Under the pieces are notes generated by a model. That model worked only from the letters and a program-made list of their open reading frames with translations. It ran no database searches and was not told where the DNA came from. 64,000 nucleotides of DNA from Dehalococcoidia bacterium (GTDB lineage: Bacteria; Chloroflexota; Dehalococcoidia; UBA2979), in the NCBI GenBank assembly GCA_965219085.1, contig OZ244720.1, positions 2,592,001 to 2,656,000 on the forward strand. Reading direction: 5' to 3'. Both the position numbers and the translations under genes were made by a program. Shown here piece after piece: positions 30,053-39,573 of the stretch. Within the stretch, counting starts at the first letter, position 1; each line of letters begins with the position of its first letter.

Positions 30053-30451
30053 CTAGAAGGGCTGGTCGTCCGCGACCTCGGCGGCGGCCTGCTGGCCACC
30101 GTTGCCGTTGCCGTTGGAGCGCCCGTTGCCGTTCGAGTCGAGGAAGATGACCTCCTGCGCGTGCACCTCGCTGCGGTGGCGGCGCTGGCCGTCCTGCGTC
30201 TCGTAGCTGTTCTGGGCGAGCGAGCCCGCGACGAAGATGCGGTTGCCCTTCTTCACGTACTCGGCGACGGCCTCGGCCTGCTTGCCCCAGCAGACGACGT
30301 TGTGCCAGTCGGCGTCGGTCTCGCCGTTCTGGCGGCGGCGGTCGGTCGCCAGCCTGAGCTGGCAGATCGCGGTGCCGTTCTGGCTGTACTTCAGCTCGGG
30401 GTCGGTCCCGACGCGGCCCAGCAGCTCGATGCGGTTGATCGTCCGTGACAT
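30053..30451 (-). CDS. ssb: Single-stranded DNA-binding protein, copy 1
   Basis: Differs from copy 2 by one residue (WHN versus WHS); ATG at 30451 after AAGGAG. Confidence 0.95.
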   Translation of the reverse strand: MSRTINRIELLGRVGTDPELKYSQNGTAICQLRLATDRRRQNGETDADWHNVVCWGKQAEAVAEYVKKGNRIFVAGSLAQNSYETQDGQRRHRSEVHAQEVIFLDSNGNGRSNGNGNGGQQAAAEVADDQPF

Positions 30452-30643
30452 GTTCAGTCTCCTTCTGGTGATCGTTGCCACCGTGGTGGTGCGGTCTCGC
30501 CGCACCTGGGTTCGAAACGAGAGCGGGGCCGCCCCGAAGGACGGCCCCGTGTGCGCTCCCGGGAGGTAGCGTCTCTGCAGTGCTTGTGTCTCAGGCACCT
30601 GCGATGGGCACCTCCTTCCGTTCGTTCGCCGGCATTCGGTCGC

Positions 30644-31363
30644 TCAGGCGGCCCTCGGCGTCTCGCTCGCGCCGTCCTCCTGCAGCTTGCGGGCCGCGGC
30701 CTCCACCAGCGGGGTGAGGGCCGCGACCGGGAGCTCGTCGAGGTCACGGCCCGTGCGCTCGCGGACGGCGGATCGCACCTTCGCCTCGTCGAAGCCACGG
30801 CAGTTGCCGAGGTCGACGAGGGTCTTGCGCAGCGACGGCGCGAGGTCGCCCGTCGCACCCTCGCCGTAGAGGCTGTTCCCGAACTGGTCGCCGTAGCTCC
30901 GCAGCGCCCGCTTGAGCGCGTCGGTCACGGCTCCCTTGTGTGCGGTCTCGTACCCCTCCACTGTCTCGTCGGCGACAGCCTGGAAGCCGACGTCGGTGCG
31001 AGACGGCGAGCCGGGAACCGTGACCCGCACGGTCGCGGTGTAGGCGCGCCAGGGCTTGGCCTCGCCCGTCCTCGGGTCGACGCTCTCGCCCTCGCGCAGT
31101 TCCACCGGTGCGACGAGTTCGTAGCCCCAGCCGCCGTGCCCGAAGACGCGGTTCGCCTGGTCGATGGCGGTGCGCCCCTCGAGGTAGGCGTAGCTGCGGT
31201 TGCCGCGCCCCTTGCGCTGCGAGACGAGGCCCTCGTCGAGGGGCTCGCCCAGCTGCTGCGTGACTGCGGGCGGGAGGCCGTCCCACACGAGGTCGCGCTC
31301 GGGAACTGGTTCGGGGTGGACGCCGTTGCGGCTGCCGTTGACGGTCGGTGTTGCGTTCGTCAT
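30644..31363 (-). CDS. Rad52/Rad22-family (Sak-like) single-strand annealing protein
   Basis: YLEGRTAIDQANRVFGHGGW, KGAVTDALKRALRSYGDQFGNSLY. Confidence 0.9.
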   Translation of the reverse strand: MTNATPTVNGSRNGVHPEPVPERDLVWDGLPPAVTQQLGEPLDEGLVSQRKGRGNRSYAYLEGRTAIDQANRVFGHGGWGYELVAPVELREGESVDPRTGEAKPWRAYTATVRVTVPGSPSRTDVGFQAVADETVEGYETAHKGAVTDALKRALRSYGDQFGNSLYGEGATGDLAPSLRKTLVDLGNCRGFDEAKVRSAVRERTGRDLDELPVAALTPLVEAAARKLQEDGASETPRAA

Positions 31364-31559
31364 ATCTTGCTCCTTCGTGCTGTGCGTTGCCTGGGTGGAC
31401 TTCGGACCTCCCCGCGGGAGGCCCGTGCGCGGGGCGGAGCCCCGTCGGTCAGCGGTCATCGCGCCTCCTTCCGGTGGGCGGTTGGCCGGCAGGCACACGG
31501 AAGCGGCCCGGCCCTCTGGGGAGCCGGACAGTCGGTGCCCGTCCGATGGGATGGGTTGG

Positions 31560-32600
31560 TTAGCGGGCGGCCCGGGCCGCCCGCTCGAGCAGGCGCAGGA
31601 AGACCCGGCGCCCGTGGTGCACCGTGGCCAGGTCGGCCACGTCCGCGACGCCCCCGGGCAGGGTCACGACGGCGGCGCGGCGGCCGAGCAGGCCGGCGAG
31701 CCGCGCCGTGGCCTCGCGCCCGGCGTCGTCGTTGTCGAAGGCGATGAAGATGTTGGGGCAGCCGCGCAGGGTGGCGGCCACCCGCTCCATGCCCTGCGTG
31801 CCGAGGGCGGAGCAGGCGGGCAATCCCCACTCGCTTAGGACGAGCCAGTCGAAGACGCCCTCGGTCACGACCGCCCACGGCGGGGCGGGACCGAGCCGCC
31901 CCAGCCCGAGCACGGGCTTGGGACCGGGCAACGCCTGGAAGCGCGGCGAGTGCTTCTGGTTGATGCCCCGCCCCGCCAGCCAGCGGGCACGTCCATCGAT
32001 GATCTCGGGGACGACCACCATGCCGGCGAAACGCTCGCCACGCTCGGTGCACAACCCGCTCTCGCGGACCCGTCCGGCGGCGAAGCCGGCGGATGCGAGC
32101 GCCGTCTGCAGCCCGCGCCCCGGCACGTAACCGAGGCCGAGCCGCCGGGCGGTGTCGAGCCCGACGCCCCGTGAGGTGAGGTATGCCCTCGCCTCGGGAC
32201 TGCGCCGCAACTCCCTGGCGTAGTGGCGCGCCGCCGCCGTCACCAGCGCCGGGTCCGGCGGCGGTGCCGCGGCCGGGGAGCGTGGCCGACGGGAGCTTGC
32301 GGAGCGGCCGGGGACAGGCGTCGAGCCGTCGAGCCGCCGGATCGCCTCCCGCAGGCTCAGGCCCTCGGTGCGCTGGAGGAAGTCCAGCACGTCGCCGCCC
32401 TCGCCGCAGCCGAAGCAGTACCAGCGCTCGGTGTCGGCGTAGACCGTGAAGCTGCCCTCGGCCTCGTTGTGGAAGGGGCAGACGCCCTGGCGGACGCGGC
32501 CCCTGCCGTGCAGCCGAACGCCCGACGCCTCGACCACGTCGCCCAGCGGGTGACGCGACTTCAGCGCCGCGATGTCGACGGGCGCATGGGCGGCGACCAT
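31560..32600 (-). CDS. DnaG-like primase (CHC2 zinc finger + Toprim)
   Basis: CPFH...WYCFGC; TEGVFD; FDNDDAG; TGATG overlap with upstream gene. Confidence 0.9.
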   Translation of the reverse strand: MVAAHAPVDIAALKSRHPLGDVVEASGVRLHGRGRVRQGVCPFHNEAEGSFTVYADTERWYCFGCGEGGDVLDFLQRTEGLSLREAIRRLDGSTPVPGRSASSRRPRSPAAAPPPDPALVTAAARHYARELRRSPEARAYLTSRGVGLDTARRLGLGYVPGRGLQTALASAGFAAGRVRESGLCTERGERFAGMVVVPEIIDGRARWLAGRGINQKHSPRFQALPGPKPVLGLGRLGPAPPWAVVTEGVFDWLVLSEWGLPACSALGTQGMERVAATLRGCPNIFIAFDNDDAGREATARLAGLLGRRAAVVTLPGGVADVADLATVHHGRRVFLRLLERAARAAR

Positions 32601-33064
32601 CAAGAGCCGCCCTTCGCCAGGGGCCGGAGCCCCCGCAGGCTGCGCCGCGAGACGACCTTGCCGGGCTGCCAGCGCATCCCGAGAACCGCCAGCACCTCCA
32701 GCGCTCCGCCGGGGTGCGGCGCGAGCACGGCGGCTCGCCCGGTGGCGGGGCTGTAGACGACCGCCTCGCGCCCCGCGAAGCGCCGCCGTGCGAGGTCGAG
32801 CCACTCGGCGTACGCCCAGCGCACGTCCTGCTCCGTGGCCTGCGTCAGGTCCGCGCTGGCGAGGACCCCCGCCGCGCTGTCGAGGTCGCCCTGCTGCCGG
32901 AGCCGCCGCGCCTCGTGGACGCTGCGGGCGATGCTCGGTTCGGGCTCCGGGGCCGCTCCGAGGAGCGCCTCGAATACCCTGTCGACCAACTCTTCGAGGC
33001 TGCGCCCGGGGCGGGAGACCGCCTCGGTCGCAGCCGTGTTCATCGTTGCCGTTGCCATCGTCAT
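32600..33064 (-). CDS. Hypothetical protein
   Basis: AAGGAG RBS; coupled to primase. Confidence 0.7.
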   Translation of the reverse strand: MTMATATMNTAATEAVSRPGRSLEELVDRVFEALLGAAPEPEPSIARSVHEARRLRQQGDLDSAAGVLASADLTQATEQDVRWAYAEWLDLARRRFAGREAVVYSPATGRAAVLAPHPGGALEVLAVLGMRWQPGKVVSRRSLRGLRPLAKGGS

Positions 33065-33183
33065 TTCGATGCTCCTTGTGCTGTGGCTCGTGCCGGTGTC
33101 GTGCGCCCTCACGGGCATGAAGAGGGGCCGCCTCCGAAGAGACGGCCCCATGGCTGTGTGGATGCCGGGTGAGGGCCGGGTCG

Positions 33184-33687
33184 TCAGCGGAGAAGCACCC
33201 TCGTGCGGCGGCGGCCGGCGAGCACCCGTGCGACGAGGAGCGTCCCGATGCCGAGGCCGGCCGCGTTGAGCACGGCCAGTTCGCCGCCATGGCCGAACAG
33301 CAGCGGCGCCGCGAGCAGCGCCACCAATCCGACGACCACGGCGGGCTTCCGCCCTTGCCGCTTCGGACGAACCGGGGCAGCCTCGGCCACCGGCTCGTAG
33401 GCCGTCCAGATCGGCAGCCTAAGGACGCCCTCGAGCGCCGTCACAGCGTGGGCGCGCGTGCATCCGCCGGTGTGACAGCGCACGTCGATGCCGTTGCCGT
33501 CGGGCCGCTGCCGGAACGCCAGTCCGTCCGACGCGCCGCCGTGGCAGATGGCGGTGGTCGTCCAGAACCAGCCCCGCTCGAAGCTCACCCGCTGCGGGAT
33601 GAGATTCGAGATCCGGCCGGCGCTCGGTCCTGTGTACTGCTGTGCCACGGCTCGCATCTCCATGGCGTCCCTCTGCTCTGTGTTCAT
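33184..33687 (-). CDS. Hypothetical protein with primase-like Zn-ribbon pattern and two C-terminal hydrophobic helices
   Basis: AAGGAGG RBS; ICHGG...VRCHTGGC; hydrophobic C-terminus. Confidence 0.65.
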   Translation of the reverse strand: MNTEQRDAMEMRAVAQQYTGPSAGRISNLIPQRVSFERGWFWTTTAICHGGASDGLAFRQRPDGNGIDVRCHTGGCTRAHAVTALEGVLRLPIWTAYEPVAEAAPVRPKRQGRKPAVVVGLVALLAAPLLFGHGGELAVLNAAGLGIGTLLVARVLAGRRRTRVLLR

Positions 33688-34277
33688 GTCTCGTGACCTC
33701 CTTCGTCACTGCTGCGTTGCTGGTGACCCGTGCCGGCATCCGTGGCGCGGGTCATGGCTGTGTTGCTGCTGGACGCACTCCGCCCACGGTCGGATGCCGG
33801 GACCGGGGAACGGAGTGGCTGGGCCGCGCGTATGCGAAGCGGCCGGCCTGCGAGTCAGTCGCGGGCCGGCACGTCTTCAGCGCGGCGGGCATGGGGAACG
33901 GGCCGAGCGCAGGACGCACTCCGCCCAGGGACTCCGGGGTCGTGGCGCATAACGCACCTCGCCCGCGGTCTCCCGGCGTTCGAGGCGGCGTCGGGGGAGC
34001 AGCGCTCGACCCTTCAGCTGCCTCCCGCTGCGGGAAGGCGGATGTCCCTCACTGGAACGCCGTCGGGAGAGCAGGGCTCGATCCGTCAGGTCGTTCCGGG
34101 TCCGGGATGGACCCTCCAGGTTTCTGTGGCAGGAAACGCTGGAAAAGCCGGAAACTGCTTGGCAGTGTCGCCGAACGCCCACCCCCAACGGAAGGGGTTT
34201 CGGGGCCTTCCGCCGGAATCACTTGCCGTGGTTCGACAGGAGTTCGACAGGAATGCGACCACGACCGCAGCGCACGG

Positions 34278-35147
34278 CTACGCCCACCAGATCCCGAGCG
34301 TGAGGAGACGGCGCAGGCGGCGCAGCCACTGCGCCCGGCGGCGCTCGCCGCGGACGCGCTCGAGCGTCCGTTCGCGCCAGCGCAGCTGCGCCCGCCGCGT
34401 CAACCCGTCCCAGCGGTAACTCTGCGGCGGCAGCGCGAGTTCGTGGTTGCCGATGAGCGCGATCTCCAGCTCGCGCAGGCGCTCCCCGTCGCGCAGCCAG
34501 TCCACGCCCCGCCCTGCGGCGGGATGACGTGCGCGTACGGCCCGCCACTCCTCGACGAGCGGCCAGGCCGGGCCGTAGGCGCGCTCGTCGTCCGGCCCGG
34601 CCTCCTCCGTCACGACCGTGGGAGACGCCGTCGGCGGGCGAACGGGAGCGGACGTCGGCCTGACGGCGATGCGGGGCGCGCCCCGGTCCGGCGCGGGCGC
34701 CCCGCCGGAACGCGGGGTCTCGACCGCCGTGAGCTGCTGCTCGCTGTCCGCCAGCCGTTCCCCATGCTCGTGCCGGAGCTGTTCCACCGTGTCCGCCAGC
34801 GCCTGCACGGCGTCCGTGGCGCCGCGCACCTCGCCGGCCGTGCCATCGATGCCGTCCGGAGGAGCCTCGGACCCGGCTCCGCCATCGTCCGACGGGGCCG
34901 GCGTCGCCGTGGGCGGCAGGGCCGCGCCGCGTTCCAGCGCCTTTGTGAGCAGGGCCTCTCGCAGCCGCACCTTGAGCGGGCCCGGTTCGTCGAGGGCGCG
35001 CGCCAGCGTCTTGTAGTTGACCCCCAGCGCATCCGCCGCCCGCATCCGTCCCTGCTCCGCCACGAGCTCGTGCAGGAACGCCCGCAGCCGCCCCTCGTAG
35101 GGCTGTTCCGACTCCTCCGGGGCCTGTTGCCGGCTTGTCTCGTCCAT
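34278..35147 (-). CDS. HTH-containing hypothetical protein next to the putative oriT
   Basis: GGGAGG RBS before ATG 35147; RAADALGVNYKTLARAL helix-turn-helix. Confidence 0.75.
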   Translation of the reverse strand: MDETSRQQAPEESEQPYEGRLRAFLHELVAEQGRMRAADALGVNYKTLARALDEPGPLKVRLREALLTKALERGAALPPTATPAPSDDGGAGSEAPPDGIDGTAGEVRGATDAVQALADTVEQLRHEHGERLADSEQQLTAVETPRSGGAPAPDRGAPRIAVRPTSAPVRPPTASPTVVTEEAGPDDERAYGPAWPLVEEWRAVRARHPAAGRGVDWLRDGERLRELEIALIGNHELALPPQSYRWDGLTRRAQLRWRERTLERVRGERRRAQWLRRLRRLLTLGIWWA

Positions 35148-35162
35148 CTCACGGCCTCCCGG

Positions 35163-35460
35163 CACTTCCCTCGGAGGGAACTCTGCCCCCTGCGGCGTGG
35201 AATACGCCCTGACAGCGAAGTTGTTGCTCAGCACGTCCTGTAGGGCCGTTTTCCCTTGGCCCGCCTTGTGTTTCGGCACATTTCCCTCGCTGGGAACCAA
35301 CGTCCTTCTCCGTACACACCCATCACACCCTTCGGCCCGCCCGATCGCCATGTCCTGTAGGGGAGGGCGCACACGCCCTCCCCTATGAGGCATTACATCG
35401 CGGCCCCGATATCCACACACTCGATTGCCGTCACGACCACTCACCTCGAGGAGACGACGG
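35163..35460 (-). promoter_or_regulatory. Conserved non-coding block, copy 2; divergent promoter region and candidate oriT
   Basis: Between divergent tra and DNA-processing operons; perfect 12-bp hairpin 35358-35385; TTCC-N7-GGAA at 35166-35180 and 35282-35296. Confidence 0.65.
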
Positions 35461-35461
35461 C

Positions 35462-36082
35462 ATGCGACGGCAACCGAGAACCACCACCAATAGAACGAGG
35501 AGACTGCGGGCGCTGGCGGCGGCGCTGCTGCTGGCGGCGCTGGCGGCGATCCCCTCGAGCGGCACCGCCCTCGCCCAGGAGCCGCCCGCGGGCGACGGCA
35601 TCGTGCTCGTCAACGAGGCCGCCGAGGATCTCGTCGAGCGCAAGGACGACGGACGCTTCATCGCCCGTCCCGTCTTCGACCGCGAGGTCCCACTCCTCTA
35701 CTACGGCGTGCGCGAGGGCGACACGGGCGAGTGGGTCACCGTCGTTTTCCGGGTGCGCGACGACGGCGAGGAGCGGCGCGACGGTCACGAGTACTCCTTC
35801 GAGTACCCCTTCGAGAACGGCCAGCCCGAGCTCGACCCGGACCGCCCCTACCTGCTGGTGATGCTCGCGGGCGAGCTGGCGGAGTCGCCACAGCCCTTCT
35901 ACGCCGTCATCCCGCCTCACCAGCCGGGGGGCCTCTGGAACAAGGTCCTCGGAGCGCTCGAACCCGAGCGCTGGGGCAAGGCCGTCGCCCGCTGGGTGAT
36001 CGAGGGCGCGCACGGGACGCTCTGCGGCGTCGTCGAGCGCGCCTCCGGCGCAGACGCCGATACCTGCGAGGCCACCCCGTGA
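35462..36082 (+). CDS. Secreted hypothetical protein, first gene of the transfer operon
   Basis: Signal peptide ending ALA-Q; GTGA overlap with next gene. Confidence 0.75.
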   Translation: MRRQPRTTTNRTRRLRALAAALLLAALAAIPSSGTALAQEPPAGDGIVLVNEAAEDLVERKDDGRFIARPVFDREVPLLYYGVREGDTGEWVTVVFRVRDDGEERRDGHEYSFEYPFENGQPELDPDRPYLLVMLAGELAESPQPFYAVIPPHQPGGLWNKVLGALEPERWGKAVARWVIEGAHGTLCGVVERASGADADTCEATP

Positions 36083-37065
36083 GCGACATCTTCACGGGCA
36101 CTCCGCCCGGCCTCACCTATGATCACGAGATCGTCCGCCAGGCGTGGACGGCGGTCTGGATCATCACCTCGGGTGCGCTCGTCGTGATCATCGGCTGGAT
36201 GGGGCTGAGCCTCATCGTCGGAGACCACCTCGGCCGCGCACAGGCGGGCTGGCGCGAGTTGGTCCCGCGCCTCGGGCTCGGGCTCGTGGCTGCCGCCGCC
36301 TCGCTCTGGTGGTGCGCGCTCGTCATCGACGTGGCCGACGCGGTGTCAGGGTTCGTGGCCGCCGAGCTGGGCGTCACCGCCAGCGACATGCTGCGCTCGA
36401 CGCTGCGCACGCTGCTGACCGCGGTGGCGGCGGGCAGCGTGGGCATGGCCCTGGTCCTGGCGCTGCTCTACCTCGTCTACGGCTTCTTCGTGCTCTACCT
36501 CGTGGTGCAGATGGTGCTGCGCCTCGCGCTGATCGACATCCTGCTCGCGCTCGCGCCGATCGCCCTCGGGCTGTGGATCCTCCCGCACACCGCGGGCTGG
36601 GGCCGGCACTGGCTGCGGCTCTTCATGACGACCGTCTTCCAGCAGGCGATCCAGCTCGTCGCGCTGGCGCTGGGCATCTCCTTCCTCAACGAGTTCGCGT
36701 CGATCGGCGCCGGCGAACCCGTACAGGAACTCGTCTGGAAGCTGCTGATGTCGCTCGCCTTCATCTACCTGGCGACGCGCGTGCCCTCGATGCTCGGCAA
36801 CACCGGGACCTTCGACGCCTGGCTGCACACCCTCTACTTCGGCATGTCCCTGCCCGGCTCGATGGTCCGCTCGGCGCGCTCCGTGGGACTGCTCGCGGGC
36901 GGCGGTGCGGCGGGCGGCCCGGTGGGCGCGGCGGTTGCCGCCGGGGCAGCAGGCGGCGTGGCCTCGGCGGCCACCTCGGGCGTGCGCTCGGCGGCCGATA
37001 TGGCAACCCCCTCCTCGGGCGGCGGCGCCGCCGGTGGCGGCGCCCCCCGGAGCAGCAGCGAGTAA
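36079..37065 (+). CDS. VirB6/TrbL-like polytopic conjugation membrane protein
   Basis: Multiple TM helices, LAPIALGLWILP.T..W..W pattern, Gly/Ala tail. Confidence 0.8.
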   Translation: MSDIFTGTPPGLTYDHEIVRQAWTAVWIITSGALVVIIGWMGLSLIVGDHLGRAQAGWRELVPRLGLGLVAAAASLWWCALVIDVADAVSGFVAAELGVTASDMLRSTLRTLLTAVAAGSVGMALVLALLYLVYGFFVLYLVVQMVLRLALIDILLALAPIALGLWILPHTAGWGRHWLRLFMTTVFQQAIQLVALALGISFLNEFASIGAGEPVQELVWKLLMSLAFIYLATRVPSMLGNTGTFDAWLHTLYFGMSLPGSMVRSARSVGLLAGGGAAGGPVGAAVAAGAAGGVASAATSGVRSAADMATPSSGGGAAGGGAPRSSSE

Positions 37066-37209
37066 CCGAACCACAACGAGAACAAGGAGGCGCGGTGTGT
37101 CGCGCCGTTCGGAGAGAACACCGGAGGTGAGAGATGTGCCGGTAGGCGAACGAGCAGCAGCACCGAGAGACGAACGAGCACACGCAAACGCGAGAGGAGC
37201 GAAACACAA

Positions 37210-37497
37210 GTGGAAGACCTGACTCAGACCATCTCCAACCTGGTGGGCATCCTGCTGGGCGTCGTCGGCGCGATCGGCGTCGGCTTCTTCATCTACGGGT
37301 CCTACCTCTACCTCACCGCCTCGGGCGCACCGCACCAGATGGAGCGCGGCAAGAGCGCGATGATGACCGCTTTGGCCGGCATCGTGCTGGCGATGGTGGC
37401 CTTCGGCGTCGTCGAGCTGGTGATGGACGCCGTCGTCAACCCCGTCGTGGATGTCGACGTCCCCGAGCCCACGGGCGCGGGTTCGTCGGAAGGATAG
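37210..37497 (+). CDS. TrbC/VirB2-like pilin
   Basis: Two TM helices with YLTASGAPHQMERGKSAM loop. Confidence 0.8.
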   Translation: MEDLTQTISNLVGILLGVVGAIGVGFFIYGSYLYLTASGAPHQMERGKSAMMTALAGIVLAMVAFGVVELVMDAVVNPVVDVDVPEPTGAGSSEG

Positions 37498-37506
37498 GGG
37501 GACGTC

Positions 37507-39240
37507 ATGCGAGAGCACGAGGTTCCAACCCACGTGCAGGCCGAGGACCGCGTCCTGCTGTGGTTCACCTTCCCCCAGATCGTGGCGATGACGGCAGTCT
37601 GCGCCCTCGCCTACGGCGTCTACCGCTACGCCCCGCTCGGTCCGTCCGAGGTACGCATGGCCGCGGCCGTGCTCTTCGGACTGGCCGGACTGGCGGTCGT
37701 CGCGGGGCGGATCGGAGGCAGGCGGCTGCCGCTGGTGGCGGCCGACCTGCTGCGGTTCGGACTGGGCGCGCGGCGCTACGCCGGGCCTCCAGCCCAGTTG
37801 GTGCGGAGCGAACCACCCGCAGCCGCGCAGCCAGCATCGAGCGGCGCCAGGCCACGGCGGCTGCTGGCGCGTCGCATACGGCGCGTCGTGCGCCGCCGCT
37901 CAAGGAAGCGGAAGGAGGGTGAGCGCCGCAACGGGCGGATGCCCTTTCGTCCGCACCGCATCTTCGGCAAGCGCCGGCGGCAGGGCGGCGAGGAGCCCGC
38001 TGAGGCGCAACGGCCGGCGACGCAGGAGCGCGGCGGGCGGCGTCTCGGACGCTGGCGCGTGCTCCCGGCGGTCGCCGTCCTGGCGGTCGCCCTCGCCGCC
38101 ACGCCGCTGCTCCCGGCGCTGGCCCAGGAGCCGGGCGGGGAGGGCTGGTTTTCGGAGGAGATCGAGTTCCAGCCTCCGCCGCTGGTCCCCGGACGACGGC
38201 TCTTCGTCGAGGGGCTCACGGTCGGCGGCGAACAGGCAGCGGTCACGCTGCGGGCCGCCACGGACCTGGACCTGACGGTGCGGGCCTACGGCGGTCCGGA
38301 CGGACGGTCGCTCCGCTTCTTCGGGACGGCCGCCCTCGAGCAGGGCGAGCGCAGCGAGTACGACCTGCCGCTGCACGGCCCCTCGCCCTCGCTCGTCTTC
38401 TCCTGGGAGGACGAGCTGGGCCAGGCCGGGGCCGTCAGCCTCGGTGGCGAGCGGCTCCCGTGGCCGCTGCCCGCGGTGGCGGGCGAGCTGTGCGTCCTGC
38501 GCGTCGTCTCGCTCGGCTGGAGCGCGGGCGCCGTCGAGGGGGCGATCAGCTCGGAGTGCGTGAGCACCACCGAGGAAGCGGTCGTTCTCCAGACGGTCGC
38601 CGGGCACGCCGACGTGACCGCGACGGCCCTGCTGGAAGGCGAGGTCGTTGCCGTCACCGGGACCATCACGGTCGCCGGAGACGGCCCTGCGACGAGCGTC
38701 ACGTTTGTCGCCGGCGGCGAGACCCGCTTCCGGCTCCCGGTCGCGGCGGGCGAGGCCGTCCACGCCCTCGCCATCGAGGCGGACCTGGTGGCGTCCCTCA
38801 GCGTCGCCCTGCCGCCGCTCGTGGAGCTCACCCACCACCCGCGGCGCGTCGAGCAACTCACGGAGACGGCGGAGGTGGGCATCCCGGCGTTCGGCGACAC
38901 CGTGACGGAGACGTTCACGGTCCCCAACGAGGACGGCACCGTCACTGAGCACACCGTGACGGCCAGCTGCCATGTCCCCGCGTCGACCGTCCGCCAGGAC
39001 GTCGTCTTCAGCGTCGTCCACCCCGAACGCGTCGAGGCCGAGGTGATGGCGCGGCTACCGCTCGCACGCAGCCGGGATGAGTCGCTTGCCCTGGCGCTCA
39101 GCGTCGGGGCCGACGACCCCTACGTGGCGCTGGCCGTACCCGAGCCCGAGCCGGAGCCCGATCCCGTGACGCAAACACCCGCCGAAGAGGACGAGCTGAG
39201 CGACTGGTTCGAGCAGCTCGGCTGGGAGTGGGTCTGGTGA
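37507..39240 (+). CDS. PrgI/VirB3-like protein fused to a large extracytoplasmic domain
   Basis: HEVPTHVQAEDRVLLWFTFPQ N-terminus with two TM helices; internal signal-like segment. Confidence 0.7.
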   Translation: MREHEVPTHVQAEDRVLLWFTFPQIVAMTAVCALAYGVYRYAPLGPSEVRMAAAVLFGLAGLAVVAGRIGGRRLPLVAADLLRFGLGARRYAGPPAQLVRSEPPAAAQPASSGARPRRLLARRIRRVVRRRSRKRKEGERRNGRMPFRPHRIFGKRRRQGGEEPAEAQRPATQERGGRRLGRWRVLPAVAVLAVALAATPLLPALAQEPGGEGWFSEEIEFQPPPLVPGRRLFVEGLTVGGEQAAVTLRAATDLDLTVRAYGGPDGRSLRFFGTAALEQGERSEYDLPLHGPSPSLVFSWEDELGQAGAVSLGGERLPWPLPAVAGELCVLRVVSLGWSAGAVEGAISSECVSTTEEAVVLQTVAGHADVTATALLEGEVVAVTGTITVAGDGPATSVTFVAGGETRFRLPVAAGEAVHALAIEADLVASLSVALPPLVELTHHPRRVEQLTETAEVGIPAFGDTVTETFTVPNEDGTVTEHTVTASCHVPASTVRQDVVFSVVHPERVEAEVMARLPLARSRDESLALALSVGADDPYVALAVPEPEPEPDPVTQTPAEEDELSDWFEQLGWEWVW

Positions 39241-39554
39241 GGCGGCTCACGACCGCCCTGCTACTCGCCGGGGTCGCGCTGGTCACGACCGGCGCGGCCC
39301 CGGCCGAGGAGCGGGCCATGCTCGACGCCTTCGATGAGGCGCTTACCGCGCTGGCCTACGCCGCCGCCGGGGTCTGCGTCTTCGCGATCGCCTGGGCGGG
39401 CGTCCTGCTCATGGCCGACGGTGCCGACGAGCGTGGCGGCGGGCGCGCAAAGAGCGCCGTCTTCCTGGCCGTGGCCGGCCTCGCGCTCGTGCTGTCGGCC
39501 AAGGGCGTGGCTGCCCTGCTGCGCGCAGGCATCGTCCCCATCCCCGTCCCCTGA
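39237..39554 (+). CDS. Second pilin-like membrane protein
   Basis: Signal plus two TM helices, GRAKSAVFLAVAGL; GTGA overlap. Confidence 0.65.
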   Translation: MRRLTTALLLAGVALVTTGAAPAEERAMLDAFDEALTALAYAAAGVCVFAIAWAGVLLMADGADERGGGRAKSAVFLAVAGLALVLSAKGVAALLRAGIVPIPVP

Positions 39555-39573
39555 CACCCAGGAGCAGATCCCG

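Larger units (their letters stand above)
29418..30465. repeat. Tandem duplication (549-bp period) of ssb with its flanking hairpin
   Basis: The two units are near-identical in DNA sequence. Confidence 0.9.
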
